Assembly: GCA_038893835.1 (NCBI GenBank)
Contig: JAWAQR010000011.1
Coordinates: 1-36,938 of the forward strand
Origin: Archaeoglobaceae archaeon
Lineage (GTDB): Archaea > Halobacteriota > Archaeoglobi > Archaeoglobales > Archaeoglobaceae
Reading direction: 5' to 3'
DNA: 36,938 bases
This document shows, piece by piece, positions 27,485-36,938 of the stretch. How positions within the stretch are numbered: position 1 is the stretch's first letter; every line of letters starts with the position of its first letter. A model generated the notes under the pieces. It was not told the DNA's origin. It saw only the letters and a program-made list of their open reading frames with translations, and searched no databases. A program made the position numbers and the translations under genes.

Positions 27485-27688
27485 ATGGCTGAACTACCAA
27501 TGGCTCCAGTCGATAGATTGATAAGAAAAGCTGGTGCTGAAAGAGTAAGTGCTGATGCGGTGGAGAAGATGGTTGAAGTTATCGAGGACTACGCTATTAG
27601 AGTTGCAAAGAAGGCAGTAGATATTGCAAAGCATTCTGGAAGAAAGACTGTTACAGCAGAAGATATAAAGCTAGCAGCCTCGATGTAA
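27485..27688 (+). CDS. Archaeal histone (HMf family)
   Basis: [22 protein letters not shown]...[15 protein letters not shown]. Confidence 0.98.
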   Translation: MAELPMAPVDRLIRKAGAERVSADAVEKMVEVIEDYAIRVAKKAVDIAKHSGRKTVTAEDIKLAASM

Positions 27689-27717
27689 TTAATATAAGAG
27701 TTCAAAATTTTTATTTT

Positions 27718-28419
27718 TTAAATTAAATTTCTTAGCATTTCCACAGCTTTATTATATTTTTCTGGCTTTGAAAGAAATTCGAGCGTGTTTATTTCCTCGA
27801 CCAGATAATACATCTCCTCCTTCATACTACCATGTGGTTTCAGAAACCTTATCTCCGGAGCTTCAGCATATCTTGGATTTTTAACCCATCTTCCATCGAT
27901 GTAATAGTAGCATGCCCCTTTCAGCATCGTATAGGGCTCGTAGATTGAAGTAAAATTCCTAGAAACCCAGTTGGATGTTATTAGAACTTTATCCGTAGGA
28001 TTTATCGTAACGTGTCCATAGTTGGGAGGGACGATTACAACATCGTTTTTATTCGCCTCTATCACTATGCAATCCTCAACCCCCTTTTTACCCCTTTTTT
28101 GAAGGATGAAAAAGGCTCTGCCTTCTATTACCTGATAAATCTCTGGATAAGTGAGTCCATATGAATTTTCTGGATGGTAATGACCGTAGGTTTTTATTTT
28201 TTCTTTTCCAATCTCTGCAGGAGGAATTATGGTAAAATCGTATCTCAAACCAGCCTTTAAAATCCTCTTTCTGTGCTCTTCGCTCTCGTAGATGTCTCTA
28301 AACATGTAGTATGCGTCAAAGTCTCTAATTAACTTTTCTGGATAGGCTAGAACTGGAAGAAGATCTTTTGCCCTTCTTATTTCTGGTTTGAACAAGAAAT
28401 CACCGAAATTGTATTCCAT
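27718..28419 (-). CDS. Cupin-type glucose-6-phosphate isomerase family protein
   Basis: LRYDFTIIPP, KTYGHYH, YPEIYQV, VPPNYGHVTIN. Confidence 0.85.
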   Translation of the reverse strand: MEYNFGDFLFKPEIRRAKDLLPVLAYPEKLIRDFDAYYMFRDIYESEEHRKRILKAGLRYDFTIIPPAEIGKEKIKTYGHYHPENSYGLTYPEIYQVIEGRAFFILQKRGKKGVEDCIVIEANKNDVVIVPPNYGHVTINPTDKVLITSNWVSRNFTSIYEPYTMLKGACYYYIDGRWVKNPRYAEAPEIRFLKPHGSMKEEMYYLVEEINTLEFLSKPEKYNKAVEMLRNLI

Positions 28420-28435
28420 AAAAAATTAAAGATAT

Positions 28436-28453
28436 GAAGGTTTTAAAACCTTC
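28436..28453. promoter_or_regulatory. Perfect 18-bp palindrome GAAGGTTTTAAAACCTTC (candidate bidirectional BRE/TATA)
   Basis: Lies between the divergent pgi and cbf5 genes. Confidence 0.55.
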
Positions 28454-28515
28454 GAGATCGATGTTATCTAGGAGCATTCATCAGATTTTTAAAACCTCTT
28501 CTCCCTGTTTTATCT

Positions 28516-29487
28516 GTGAAGCTTGGAGACTATTATATAATCGAGGAGTTTCAAACTTCCGAAAAATACGGATGTCCCCCTAATAAAAGGAGTGTGGAAG
28601 AACACATAAAAAAAGGCTTTGTTTGCGTGGATAAGCCAAAGGGACCGAGTAGTCATGAGGTTGTTGTGTGGGTTAGAAATATTTTGCAGGTTAAAAAAAC
28701 TGGACATGCTGGTACTCTTGATCCAAAGGTTACTGGGGTTTTACCTGTTTTTATCGAAACGGCTACGAAACTAGTTAAGTTCCTTCAGGAATCGAGCAAG
28801 GAATATGTTTGTTTGATGCGATTACATGGTGATGTTAAAGAGGAGGAGATAAAGAAAGTCTTCAAAATGTTCACCGGAAAGATATTCCAGAAACCACCGC
28901 TAAAGTCTGCAGTTAAAAAGGAGCTGAGGATTAGAGAAATTTACAACATACAAATTTTGGAAATAGACGGGAGAGATATTCTCTTCAAAATCTCAGCAGA
29001 ATCCGGGACTTATATAAGGAAGCTCTGCAAGGACATAGGAGAAGTTCTAGGGGTTGGCGCGCATATGCAGGAGCTTAGAAGGATCAGAACTGGAAATTTT
29101 CTCGAAACTGATAGTTACACACTACAAGACTTACTGGATGCATATGTTTTTTGGAAAGAGGAAGGAGATGAGAAATACATAAGAGAAATAATAAAGCCAA
29201 TGGAGTTAGCAGTTGCAAACGTGCCAAAGATTGTGATAAAAGATACGGCAGTGGATGCGATCTGTCATGGGGCAAATTTATCGATAAAGGGTGTTTCGAT
29301 GGTTGAAAAGAATGTGAAAAGAGATTCAACTGTTGCAATCTTCACAGCAAAGGGAGAATTAGTTGCTCTTGGAAAGGCTTTGGTTAACGCTGAAGACATG
29401 CTTGAATTAAAGAGGGGAATAGTTGTCGATGTTGAAAGGGTTTTGATGGAAAGGGGCGTTTATCCGAGTATATGGAAATCAAAGTAG
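28516..29487 (+). CDS. cbf5: H/ACA RNA-guided pseudouridine synthase Cbf5
   Basis: DKPKGPSSHEV, GHAGTLDPKVTG, GTYIRKLC, C-terminal PUA domain. Confidence 0.97.
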   Translation: MKLGDYYIIEEFQTSEKYGCPPNKRSVEEHIKKGFVCVDKPKGPSSHEVVVWVRNILQVKKTGHAGTLDPKVTGVLPVFIETATKLVKFLQESSKEYVCLMRLHGDVKEEEIKKVFKMFTGKIFQKPPLKSAVKKELRIREIYNIQILEIDGRDILFKISAESGTYIRKLCKDIGEVLGVGAHMQELRRIRTGNFLETDSYTLQDLLDAYVFWKEEGDEKYIREIIKPMELAVANVPKIVIKDTAVDAICHGANLSIKGVSMVEKNVKRDSTVAIFTAKGELVALGKALVNAEDMLELKRGIVVDVERVLMERGVYPSIWKSK

Positions 29488-30242
29488 CCATCCCTTCTTC
29501 ATCCTTACTCAATGAGACAGATGAAAAGATAAAGTTTTACAAACTTGGAACGATTGCAAGAGCTTTGGCAATTTTTAAGGTTAAAGAAGTTATAATTTAT
29601 AGAGATCCATTGTTGGATGAAACCAAGTTTATTAGAAAAGTCCTAGAATATCTTGAAACTCCACAATACCTTAGAAAGGAGCTTTTTCCAATAGATGAAG
29701 ATCTCAAATTCATAGGTGTCATCCCACCGCTTGCAATCCCTTCGCATAAGTCGAAACATTTAAAAATCGGCGAGTTGAGGGAAGGGGTCGTAAAAAAAGT
29801 GGCTCCTGACGGCACGCGATGGGTGGATATAGGTGTTGGAGCCCTTGCACCATTGAAAAGTAAGGCGAGCAAAGGTGCACGCGTGACCGTCAGGATCGTT
29901 TCGAAGACCCCGTTGCTGGTCGAGGAGGCGGAGCCTGAGGAATATTGGGGGTATAAAGTGAGAGAAGCTGAGCTTGAAGAAGTGCTGAAGGGAAGGGACG
30001 TGATTGTAACATCCCGGAAGGGAAAAGTTCCTGAGCTCAGGGAAATAAGGAAAGCAACCTTCGTTTTCGGTAATCCGAGAGAAGGGGTATTTGAGATAAT
30101 GAGAAGGATGGGTATAGATATGGAGGTGGAAGCCTGGAATACGATCCCCGGGCAAGGTGTTAGGACTGTTCGCTTGGAGGAGGCGATATTGGCAACTCTT
30201 GCCATAGTCAATTTTGTTTCCCACTGGGGTGGTTGTAGATGA
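29472..30242 (+). CDS. SPOUT-family RNA methyltransferase (DUF171/SPOUT1-like)
   Basis: VAIPSS, LEYLETPQYLRK, FGNPREG, NTIPGQGVRTVRLEEA. Confidence 0.92.
   Translation: MEIKVAIPSSSLLNETDEKIKFYKLGTIARALAIFKVKEVIIYRDPLLDETKFIRKVLEYLETPQYLRKELFPIDEDLKFIGVIPPLAIPSHKSKHLKIGELREGVVKKVAPDGTRWVDIGVGALAPLKSKASKGARVTVRIVSKTPLLVEEAEPEEYWGYKVREAELEEVLKGRDVIVTSRKGKVPELREIRKATFVFGNPREGVFEIMRRMGIDMEVEAWNTIPGQGVRTVRLEEAILATLAIVNFVSHWGGCR
29752..29767 (+). promoter_or_regulatory. Putative internal BRE/TATA promoter for the L3 ribosomal cluster
   Basis: CGAAACA-TTTAAAAAT, at the point where GC content jumps. Confidence 0.5.
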
Positions 30243-31225
30243 AAACACATCGACCCAAAAGAGGGTCTCTGGCATTTTCTCCGAGAAAGAGGGCTGAAAG
30301 AATAGTCCCGAGAATAAGAAGCTGGCCAGAATGCAAGGAAGTAAGAATTCAAGGATTTGCTGGTTACAAAGCGGGAATGACACACGTCGTTATGATCGAC
30401 GATAGAAAGAATTCAAAGACTTATGGAGAAGAAATCGTCGTTCCAGTGACAGTTATTGAAACGCCACCAATGAAGGTTGCTGGAATTAGGGTTTACAAGG
30501 AAACTAGTTATGGGTTGAAAATAGTGAAGGAAGTTTGGACAAATGAGCTCGATGCATTTCTGGAGAGAAGGGTAAAGATTCCAAAGAATATTGGAGACGT
30601 TGAAGCTCTAAAAAGTGTTGAAGGGGATGAGGTTAGAGTAATAACATACACACAACCTTATCTAATAACAGGAGTTCCAAAGAAGGTTCCAGATGTGATG
30701 GAGCAGAAGGTAGGTGGCGATTTTGAGAAGGCATTAGAATACGCGATTTCCAAGCTCGGAAAGGAGGTTAGAATCTCTGAAGTTTTTAAAGAAGGAGATA
30801 TCGTGGATGTCAGTGCTATAACAAAGGGGAAAGGATTTGAGGGAGTTGTTAAAAGATGGGGAGTAATAACTCTGGACGCAAAGCATGCGAGGAGTAGTAA
30901 GCATAGGAGGATTGGAACACTTGGTCCCTGGACGCCACATCGCGTGAGATGGACGGTTCCTCAGTATGGGCAAATGGGGTTCCATCAGAGACTTGAGTTT
31001 AACAAACGCATAATTAAAATTGGAAACAATGGGGAAGAGATAACTCCAAAAGGAGGATTTCCACACTATGGAGTAGTAAGGAACGATTATGTTTTGATTT
31101 CTGGAAGCGTTCCTGGACCGGTAAAGAGACTTATTAGGATAAGGGACGCTATAAGACCGCCAAAGACAGAATTCACTGGTGTAAATGTCATTTACGTGAG
31201 CACGACTTCAAAGCAGGGGAAGTGA
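30239..31225 (+). CDS. rpl3: 50S ribosomal protein L3
   Basis: RGSLAFSPRKRA, GYKAGMTH, TKGKGFEG. Confidence 0.98.
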   Translation: MKTHRPKRGSLAFSPRKRAERIVPRIRSWPECKEVRIQGFAGYKAGMTHVVMIDDRKNSKTYGEEIVVPVTVIETPPMKVAGIRVYKETSYGLKIVKEVWTNELDAFLERRVKIPKNIGDVEALKSVEGDEVRVITYTQPYLITGVPKKVPDVMEQKVGGDFEKALEYAISKLGKEVRISEVFKEGDIVDVSAITKGKGFEGVVKRWGVITLDAKHARSSKHRRIGTLGPWTPHRVRWTVPQYGQMGFHQRLEFNKRIIKIGNNGEEITPKGGFPHYGVVRNDYVLISGSVPGPVKRLIRIRDAIRPPKTEFTGVNVIYVSTTSKQGK

Positions 31226-31226
31226 T

Positions 31227-31985
31227 ATGAAGGCGAAGGTTTTGAACTTAAAAGGCGAAGTAGTCGAGGAAATCGAGTTACCAGAAGTTTTCAAAGAAGA
31301 TTACAGGCCAGATATAATAAGAAAGGCAGTTCATGCAATACAATCCCATCGCAGACAACCATATGGGCCGAATCCGCTCAGCGGTGTGGATTATGCTTGG
31401 GAAAACTGGGGACCAGGATATGGATATGCTAGAGTTCCCAGATGGAAACTTGGACTCAGAGCTGTAGTTGTTCCACAGGCAGTCGGTGGAAGAGAAGCTC
31501 ATCCGCCAAAGGTTCAGAAAAAATGGGAAGAAAAGATAAATAAGAAAGAGCTTAGGAAAGCTTTAAAGTCTGCAATTGCTGCTACGGCAAATCCTGAAAT
31601 CGTGAAAAGTAGAAATCATATCTTTGAAGGAGAATTACCAAAAGTGGTTGTGGATGAGTTCGAGGCACTAGCGAAGACAAAAGATGCGGTTTCAGTTCTT
31701 AAAGCTATAGGGGTCTACGGTGACATTGAGAGAGCGAAAGAAAGGAGAAGGCAAAGGTCAGGGATTGGAAAAATGAGAGGGAGGAGATATGTTGCAAAGA
31801 AGAGTGTTTTGATTGTAGTTGGAGAAGATAGAGGTATTTTTAGGGCAGTAAAAGGTCTTCCTGGGGTTGATGTTGCTTTGGCAAGGAATTTGAATGTAGA
31901 ACTTCTGGCTCCTGGAGGACATGCGGGTAGATTGGTTGTGTGGAGCAAATCGGCTTTAAAATTCATTGAGGGATGGTTATGTTGA
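31227..31985 (+). CDS. rpl4: 50S ribosomal protein L4
   Basis: GGREAHPPK, LAPGGHAGRL. Confidence 0.98.
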   Translation: MKAKVLNLKGEVVEEIELPEVFKEDYRPDIIRKAVHAIQSHRRQPYGPNPLSGVDYAWENWGPGYGYARVPRWKLGLRAVVVPQAVGGREAHPPKVQKKWEEKINKKELRKALKSAIAATANPEIVKSRNHIFEGELPKVVVDEFEALAKTKDAVSVLKAIGVYGDIERAKERRRQRSGIGKMRGRRYVAKKSVLIVVGEDRGIFRAVKGLPGVDVALARNLNVELLAPGGHAGRLVVWSKSALKFIEGWLC

Positions 31986-32224
31986 TAAAATGCTTTCTAG
32001 TTACAGAAAAAGCAATGCTGGAACTTGAAAAGAACGTAATTACCGCAATTGTCAATCTGAAGGCGAGAAAGAATGAAATAAAAAGAGAGTTTGAAAAGCT
32101 GTTCAACGTTGAAGTAGAAAGTGTGAACGTATTGATAACTCCTAAAGGCGAAAAGAAGGCTTATATTAAGCTGAAACCTGGCTATTCTGCTGAGGAGTTG
32201 TTATCCAAGCTTGGGGTGTTCTGA
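31979..32224 (+). CDS. rpl23: 50S ribosomal protein L23
   Basis: TEKAM, KGEKKAYIKL. Confidence 0.97.
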   Translation: MLIKCFLVTEKAMLELEKNVITAIVNLKARKNEIKREFEKLFNVEVESVNVLITPKGEKKAYIKLKPGYSAEELLSKLGVF

Positions 32225-32233
32225 GGTGGTTTT

Positions 32234-32947
32234 ATGGGTAAAAGGATAATTTCCCAGAATAGAGGAAAAGGAACTCCAACTTACACTGCTCCCTCACACA
32301 AATACAAGGCTGACATAAAGCATTTACCGTTTAAAGATCAAACGATTGCCGCGAAAGTCATAGACATAATACATGATCCAGCGAGAAATGGTCCAATAGC
32401 TCTCTTAAAGTTGCCAGATGGTAGAGAAGAATACGTACTGGCCGTTGAAGGAATTGGAACTGGAGATTGGATTTATGCGGGTGAAAAAGTCGAAATAGCA
32501 CCTGGGAACACAACTTATCTTAAAAACATACCCGAAGGGACTCCGATATGTAACATAGAAAAGATCCCTGGTGATGGAGGAAAATTCGTTCGAGCTAGTG
32601 GAACTTTTGCTTTGGTTGTTTCGAGAGAGGAGGATAAAGTAATAGTTCAAATGCCTTCTGGCGAGCTTAAAGCTTTTCATCCATTGTGCAGAGCAACGAT
32701 AGGTGTTGTTGCTGGTGGAGGTAGGGTGGATAAGCCCTTTGTTAAGGCTGGAAAGAAGTATCACAAAATGAAGAGCAAGGCTGCAAAGTGGCCAAGGGTT
32801 CGTGGAGTGGCGATGTGCGCTGTTTATCACCCATTTGGTGGTGGAAAGCATCAGCATGTAGGAAGACCGAAGACTGTAAGCAGGAATGCACCTCCGGGCA
32901 GAAAAGTTGGAAGCATAGCTGCGAGAAGAACTGGCATAAGGAGGTGA
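32234..32947 (+). CDS. rpl2: 50S ribosomal protein L2
   Basis: [21 protein letters not shown]. Confidence 0.98.
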   Translation: MGKRIISQNRGKGTPTYTAPSHKYKADIKHLPFKDQTIAAKVIDIIHDPARNGPIALLKLPDGREEYVLAVEGIGTGDWIYAGEKVEIAPGNTTYLKNIPEGTPICNIEKIPGDGGKFVRASGTFALVVSREEDKVIVQMPSGELKAFHPLCRATIGVVAGGGRVDKPFVKAGKKYHKMKSKAAKWPRVRGVAMCAVYHPFGGGKHQHVGRPKTVSRNAPPGRKVGSIAARRTGIRR

Positions 32948-32951
32948 TACG

Positions 32952-33353
32952 ATGGGGTTGAAGAGCAAGGTTGTTAGACCAAGAGAATTTCTATTTCGTG
33001 GCTATACTTTTGAAGAAATTCAGAAGATGTCCTTGGAAGACTTCATTAAACTACTTCCAGCTAGGGAAAGGAGAAAATTAAAGAGAGGTCTGACGGAGAG
33101 AGAGAAAAATCTGCTTGAAAAGTTGAAGAAGAAAAACAGTGTTAGGACGCATGTTAGAGACATGTTAATATTGCCAGAAATGGTTGGAAAAACGATCTTT
33201 GTCCACAATGGTAAGGATTTTGTTAAAGTTGAAATAAAGCCAGAAATGCTTGGTCATCGCTTAGGCGAGTTTGCTATGACTACGAAGTTCGAGAAACACA
33301 GCGGTCCTGGGGTTGGGGCAACTAGGAGTAGCAAGTTCGTTCCGCTTAAGTGA
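32952..33353 (+). CDS. rps19: 30S ribosomal protein S19
   Basis: [28 protein letters not shown]. Confidence 0.98.
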   Translation: MGLKSKVVRPREFLFRGYTFEEIQKMSLEDFIKLLPARERRKLKRGLTEREKNLLEKLKKKNSVRTHVRDMLILPEMVGKTIFVHNGKDFVKVEIKPEMLGHRLGEFAMTTKFEKHSGPGVGATRSSKFVPLK

Positions 33354-33359
33354 TGGATT

Positions 33360-33827
33360 ATGGCTAGGATATCTTATTCCTATATACCAAAAGATGAGAC
33401 AAAAGCTGTAAAAGCGATGGGATACGAGATTCCAATGAGCTTTAAACATGCAGTAGAGATATGCAGAGAGCTCAAGGGAAAGAAAATACCGCAGGCGATG
33501 AAGTATTTAGAAGATGTTATAGAAATGAAGTTCCCAGTTCCGATGAGGAAGTACAAGAAGAAGGTTGCACACAAGAACATTCCTGGCTGGTATGCTGGTA
33601 GATATCCTCAAAAGGCCGCTAGAGAAATTCTGAAGGTTTTAAAGAATTTAAAGGCAAACGCTGAATACAAGGGTCTGAATCCAGAGGAATTGGTAATAGT
33701 TCATGCACAGGCTAAGAAGGGGAGGAGTATTATTAGATACGTTCCAAGAGCCTTTGGGAGAGCTGTGCCAAAAAGAAAGCAGTTGACGACTGTTGAATTT
33801 GTTGCGGAAATTGCAGAGGTGAAGTGA
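33360..33827 (+). CDS. rpl22: 50S ribosomal protein L22
   Basis: GRYPQKAA, PRAFGRA. Confidence 0.98.
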   Translation: MARISYSYIPKDETKAVKAMGYEIPMSFKHAVEICRELKGKKIPQAMKYLEDVIEMKFPVPMRKYKKKVAHKNIPGWYAGRYPQKAAREILKVLKNLKANAEYKGLNPEELVIVHAQAKKGRSIIRYVPRAFGRAVPKRKQLTTVEFVAEIAEVK

Positions 33828-34493
33828 ATGGCAGTTGAAAGGAAGTTCGTTCAGGATAGAGTAAGGAGGATGTTGGTAAAAGAATGGATAAGGGAAGAAG
33901 TAAAGAATGCAGGATTTGGTGGGGTTGATATACTAAGAATGCCACTAGGAACCCAGGTAACGCTTTTTGTCGAACGTCCAGGGCTTGTAATTGGAAAAGG
34001 AGGTAGAAGGATCAAGATGTTAACAGAAAAGCTTAAGGAGTTTGGTCTTGACAATCCACAGATAAGCGTGGATGAAGTTGAAAAACCAGAGTTTAACGCA
34101 CAGCTCATGGCATCCTTACTTGCAAGGGCACTTGAAAGGGGATGGTACTTCAGAAGAGCTGGCTACAGGTTCCTTTACAGAATAATGGAAGCTGGTGCAA
34201 AAGGATGCGAAATCGCGATAAGTGGAAAGCTCGTCAGCGAAAGGGCTAGAACTGAGAAGTTCGTTGCAGGGACAATAATTCATACGGGAGATGCTGCTTA
34301 TACAGTTGTTAGAAAGGGATTTGACATAGCTGTAAAGAAGCTCGGAGTTTTTGGAGTAACGGTTCGCATAATTCCTCCAGATGCCGTTTTGCCGGATGAG
34401 TTTGAAATAAAAGAAGGGGGTGTTCAGAGTGAAAATGAAGGAAATAAGGGAGATGAGCAGGGAAGAGCTGAAGAAAAAACTCAGGGAACTTGA
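33828..34493 (+). CDS. rps3: 30S ribosomal protein S3
   Basis: KH motif PGLVIGKGG, GAKGCEIAISGK. Confidence 0.98.
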   Translation: MAVERKFVQDRVRRMLVKEWIREEVKNAGFGGVDILRMPLGTQVTLFVERPGLVIGKGGRRIKMLTEKLKEFGLDNPQISVDEVEKPEFNAQLMASLLARALERGWYFRRAGYRFLYRIMEAGAKGCEIAISGKLVSERARTEKFVAGTIIHTGDAAYTVVRKGFDIAVKKLGVFGVTVRIIPPDAVLPDEFEIKEGGVQSENEGNKGDEQGRAEEKTQGT

Positions 34494-34620
34494 AATCGAA
34501 CTTCTCAAGCTAAGGACGATGGTCAGAAGTGGCGGTGCTGTGAAGAATCCTGGAAGAATAAGGCAAATTAGGAAGGATATTGCGAGAATAAAGATGGCCC
34601 TATGCGAAAAGCGAGAATAG
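34429..34620 (+). CDS. rpl29: 50S ribosomal protein L29 (start uncertain, 34420-34435)
   Basis: EIREMS, NPGRIRQIRKDIARI. Confidence 0.95.
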   Translation: MKMKEIREMSREELKKKLRELEIELLKLRTMVRSGGAVKNPGRIRQIRKDIARIKMALCEKRE

Positions 34621-34907
34621 CGGAGTTACTGGCAAGAGATTGGATAGGTTTGAAATTGGAAGTGGTTGAGAGTCCCAATAAATGTGAAGTTGGTCTAAAG
34701 GGGGAAGTGTTTGATGAAACTGAAAAAACATTCAAGATTATGACTGAAAAAGGTTTAAAAATCGTTGCGAAGAAAGGTAGAAGCTTTAGAGTCGAATATG
34801 AGGGGAGAGTTGTGAGAGTTAGAGGAGAGCTTTTGGCTTTCAAGCCAGAAGAGAGGATAATGCGTGGATTGTTGATGATCAAAAGAGCGAAGGGGGTAGT
34901 TTTATGA
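34602..34907 (+). CDS. rnp1: RNase P protein component 1 (Rpp29/Pop4)
   Basis: WIGLKLEVVES, GEVFDETEKT, canonical position between L29 and S17. Confidence 0.93.
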   Translation: MRKARIAELLARDWIGLKLEVVESPNKCEVGLKGEVFDETEKTFKIMTEKGLKIVAKKGRSFRVEYEGRVVRVRGELLAFKPEERIMRGLLMIKRAKGVVL

Positions 34908-35233
34908 GGGATATAGGAATTGAGGTTAAGCCACCAAGTGGTGTCTGTAGTGATGAGTGCTGTCCATTTCATGGAACGCTATCAATAAGGGGACAGATTT
35001 TGACTGGGAAAGTTGTCAAAGTTTACGGAAAAACTGCTGTAATTCAGAGGGAGTTGATAAAGTACGTTAGAAAATACGAGAGGTATATGAGGAAAAGGTC
35101 GAAGCTTCATGCTCACAATCCAGAGTGCATAAGAGCGAAACCTGGAGATATTGTTAGAATTGGAGAATGCAGGCCTATAAGCAAAACAAAAAGCTTTGTA
35201 ATTCTGGAGGTGATCTCAAGTGCAGGCGATTAA
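34904..35233 (+). CDS. rps17: 30S ribosomal protein S17
   Basis: [14 protein letters not shown]. Confidence 0.98.
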   Translation: MRDIGIEVKPPSGVCSDECCPFHGTLSIRGQILTGKVVKVYGKTAVIQRELIKYVRKYERYMRKRSKLHAHNPECIRAKPGDIVRIGECRPISKTKSFVILEVISSAGD

Positions 35234-35618
35234 GGCGAGAATTCCAAGAGCTTTACCAACTGGAGCTTTGCTTGTTTGTGCAGACAACAGTGGGGCTAGA
35301 GAGGTTCAGCTAATCTCAGTTTTGAACTACAAGGGTGTAAGGAGGAGATATCCAGCAGCGGGAGTGGGAGATATGGTTGTTGTTAGTGTAAAGAAAGGAG
35401 TTCCGGAGATCAGGAAGCAGGTACATTATGCTGTCGTCATAAGACAGAGAAAGGAATACAGAAGACCAAATGGGGAAAGGATAAAGTTCGAAGACAATGC
35501 CGTCGTTCTTGTTAATGAAAAAGGAGAACCAAAGGGAACAGAGATTCGTGGTCCAGTTGCTAGAGAAGCTGCAGAGAGATTTCCAAAAATTGCAACAATA
35601 GCCTCAATCCTAGTGTGA
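35220..35618 (+). CDS. rpl14: 50S ribosomal protein L14
   Basis: ADNSGA, FEDNAVV, GPVARE. Confidence 0.98.
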   Translation: MQAIKARIPRALPTGALLVCADNSGAREVQLISVLNYKGVRRRYPAAGVGDMVVVSVKKGVPEIRKQVHYAVVIRQRKEYRRPNGERIKFEDNAVVLVNEKGEPKGTEIRGPVAREAAERFPKIATIASILV

Positions 35619-35968
35619 TGGTTATGCAGGCCAGAAAGCAGAGAAAGTGGCTATACAAGACTTCAAAGCTGCATGAAAGGCATAAATTACTCCATGCCAC
35701 GCTTTCGGATAAGCTTAGAGAAAAATATGGAAAAAGGGCTGTTAGAGTTAGAAAGGGGGACAAAGTAAGGATAATGCGTGGTGATTTTGCTGGTCATGAG
35801 GGAAAGGTTGTTGAAGTTGACATGAAGAGATGCAGAATAAAAGTTGAAGGTGCAACGATAACGAAGGCTGATGGAACTGAGGTGCTGGTCCCAATTCATC
35901 CTTCTAACGTCATGATCATCGAGTTTGGAGAGGTTGACGAGGTTAGAAAGAAGATTCTCGAGAGGTGA
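35618..35968 (+). CDS. rpl24: 50S ribosomal protein L24
   Basis: KOW motif [17 protein letters not shown]. Confidence 0.97.
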   Translation: MVMQARKQRKWLYKTSKLHERHKLLHATLSDKLREKYGKRAVRVRKGDKVRIMRGDFAGHEGKVVEVDMKRCRIKVEGATITKADGTEVLVPIHPSNVMIIEFGEVDEVRKKILER

Positions 35969-35972
35969 GTCC

Positions 35973-36671
35973 ATGCATCAGAAAAGGTTGTCAGCACCGA
36001 AAACGTATAAGATCTCAAGAAAAGCTGGTAAATGGGTTGTAAAGCCATCTCCTGGTCCACATAACAAGGAGGCAATTCCTCTAGCACTTGTAATTCGAGA
36101 TTTGCTGCAATATGCAGACACTCTTAGAGAGGCAAGGAGGATAATAGCTTCCGGCGAGATAATGGTTGATGGAGTTATTAGGAGAGACTACAAGTTCCCT
36201 GTTGGCTTATTCGACGTGGTTACAATTCCAAAGCTAAACAAAAACTATAGAGTTGTCTTTGACGAAAAAGGTAGATACATTTTGCGGGAAATTGAAGACT
36301 ACGACAGAAAGATTTACAAGATCGTAAACAAGACAGTGGTTAAAGGTGGAAGAATTCAGCTAAACCTTTTTGATGGCACAAACATATTAGGGACAAACGA
36401 ATACAAGACAAAGGATTCAATTCTCCTTAAGATACCGGAAAAGCAGGTAATCGATCATCTTAAGTTTGAAGAGGGCGCCTTGATCATGATCATTGGCGGA
36501 ACGCATGCTGGAGAGATTGGTAGAGTTAAGTCGTATAAGATCGTTAAGGGATCTGGGGCGAATCTGGTAACAGTGGAAACGGGTTTGGGGGAGATTACGA
36601 CGATTGAGGATTATATATTTGTCATTGGTAAAAAGGGTAGCGATAAACCTGTAATAGATCTGGGTGTCTGA
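35973..36671 (+). CDS. rps4e: 30S ribosomal protein S4e
   Basis: MHQKRLSAP, PSPGPH, FPVGLFD. Start at ATG 35973 after GAGGTGA. Confidence 0.97.
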   Translation: MHQKRLSAPKTYKISRKAGKWVVKPSPGPHNKEAIPLALVIRDLLQYADTLREARRIIASGEIMVDGVIRRDYKFPVGLFDVVTIPKLNKNYRVVFDEKGRYILREIEDYDRKIYKIVNKTVVKGGRIQLNLFDGTNILGTNEYKTKDSILLKIPEKQVIDHLKFEEGALIMIIGGTHAGEIGRVKSYKIVKGSGANLVTVETGLGEITTIEDYIFVIGKKGSDKPVIDLGV

Positions 36672-36673
36672 AT

Positions 36674-36938
36674 ATGCTCGAGCTTAAAGCTGAGAATCCG
36701 ATGAGAGAAATACTGCTCGACAAGGTAGTCATAAACCTAGGCATTGGACAGAGTGGTGAAAGAATAGAGAAGGGAAGAAGAATGCTGGAAAAACTCGTGA
36801 ATCAGAAACCCGCGACAACTGTAGCAAAAAAGACGATAAAAAACTTTGGAATAAGAAGGGGGGAAACAATTGGTCTTAAAGTAACACTTCGCGGTAAAAA
36901 AGCGATGGATTTTCTGATGAAAGCCCTTAAAGTTAAGG
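36674..36938 (+). CDS. rpl5: 50S ribosomal protein L5 (partial, runs off edge)
   Basis: Manual translation: ENPMREILLDKVVINLGIGQSGE...FGIRRGETIGLKVTLRG. Confidence 0.96.
   Translation, partial: MLELKAENPMREILLDKVVINLGIGQSGERIEKGRRMLEKLVNQKPATTVAKKTIKNFGIRRGETIGLKVTLRGKKAMDFLMKALKVK

Noticed and set aside
29597-30385. Long antisense ORFs (262 and 207 aa) over SPOUT/rpl3
   Set aside because: Shadow frames of real genes, favoured by the local GC rise; no recognisable motifs.
34420-34493. Long rps3/rpl29 overlap
   Set aside because: The S3 C-terminal tail is variable and overlaps are common in archaeal ribosomal clusters; no sign of recoding.

Overview
Chromosomal window from a euryarchaeote. 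Gene content (archaeal histone, DUF22, oadA/pycB without a biotin domain, L1-P0-P1 without L11, ferredoxin-GGR) suggests an Archaeoglobi-like organism; this is an inference. The left ~15 kb is accessory and metabolic: a GT4 glycosyltransferase (partial), an FMN glutamate-synthase-family protein, an ArsB/NhaD permease, ManC, and a divergent double-TauE membrane module with an RHH regulator, two USPs, a GNAT and DUF22. It also holds an arsenic module (Cys-rich AbrB/HgcC-like regulator, Acr3, ArsC) and three decayed genes the ORF track does not call intact (MazG-like, phoU, pstB tail). The middle holds an NCS2 permease, ferredoxin-GGR, TrmG10, SRP19, CBS-ParB, PurQ, a Qng1/HhH-glycosylase-like protein, an unannotated box C/D sRNA with its own promoter, an MFS transporter, PycB/OadA and thioredoxin. 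The right ~12 kb is translation machinery: rpl1-rplP0-rpl12 with an L1 leader, histone, cupin PGI, cbf5, a SPOUT methyltransferase with an internal promoter and GC-rich hairpins, and the L3 to L5 ribosomal cluster. No tRNA, rRNA, CRISPR array or intact mobile element was seen. All family calls come from motif recognition without database searches.
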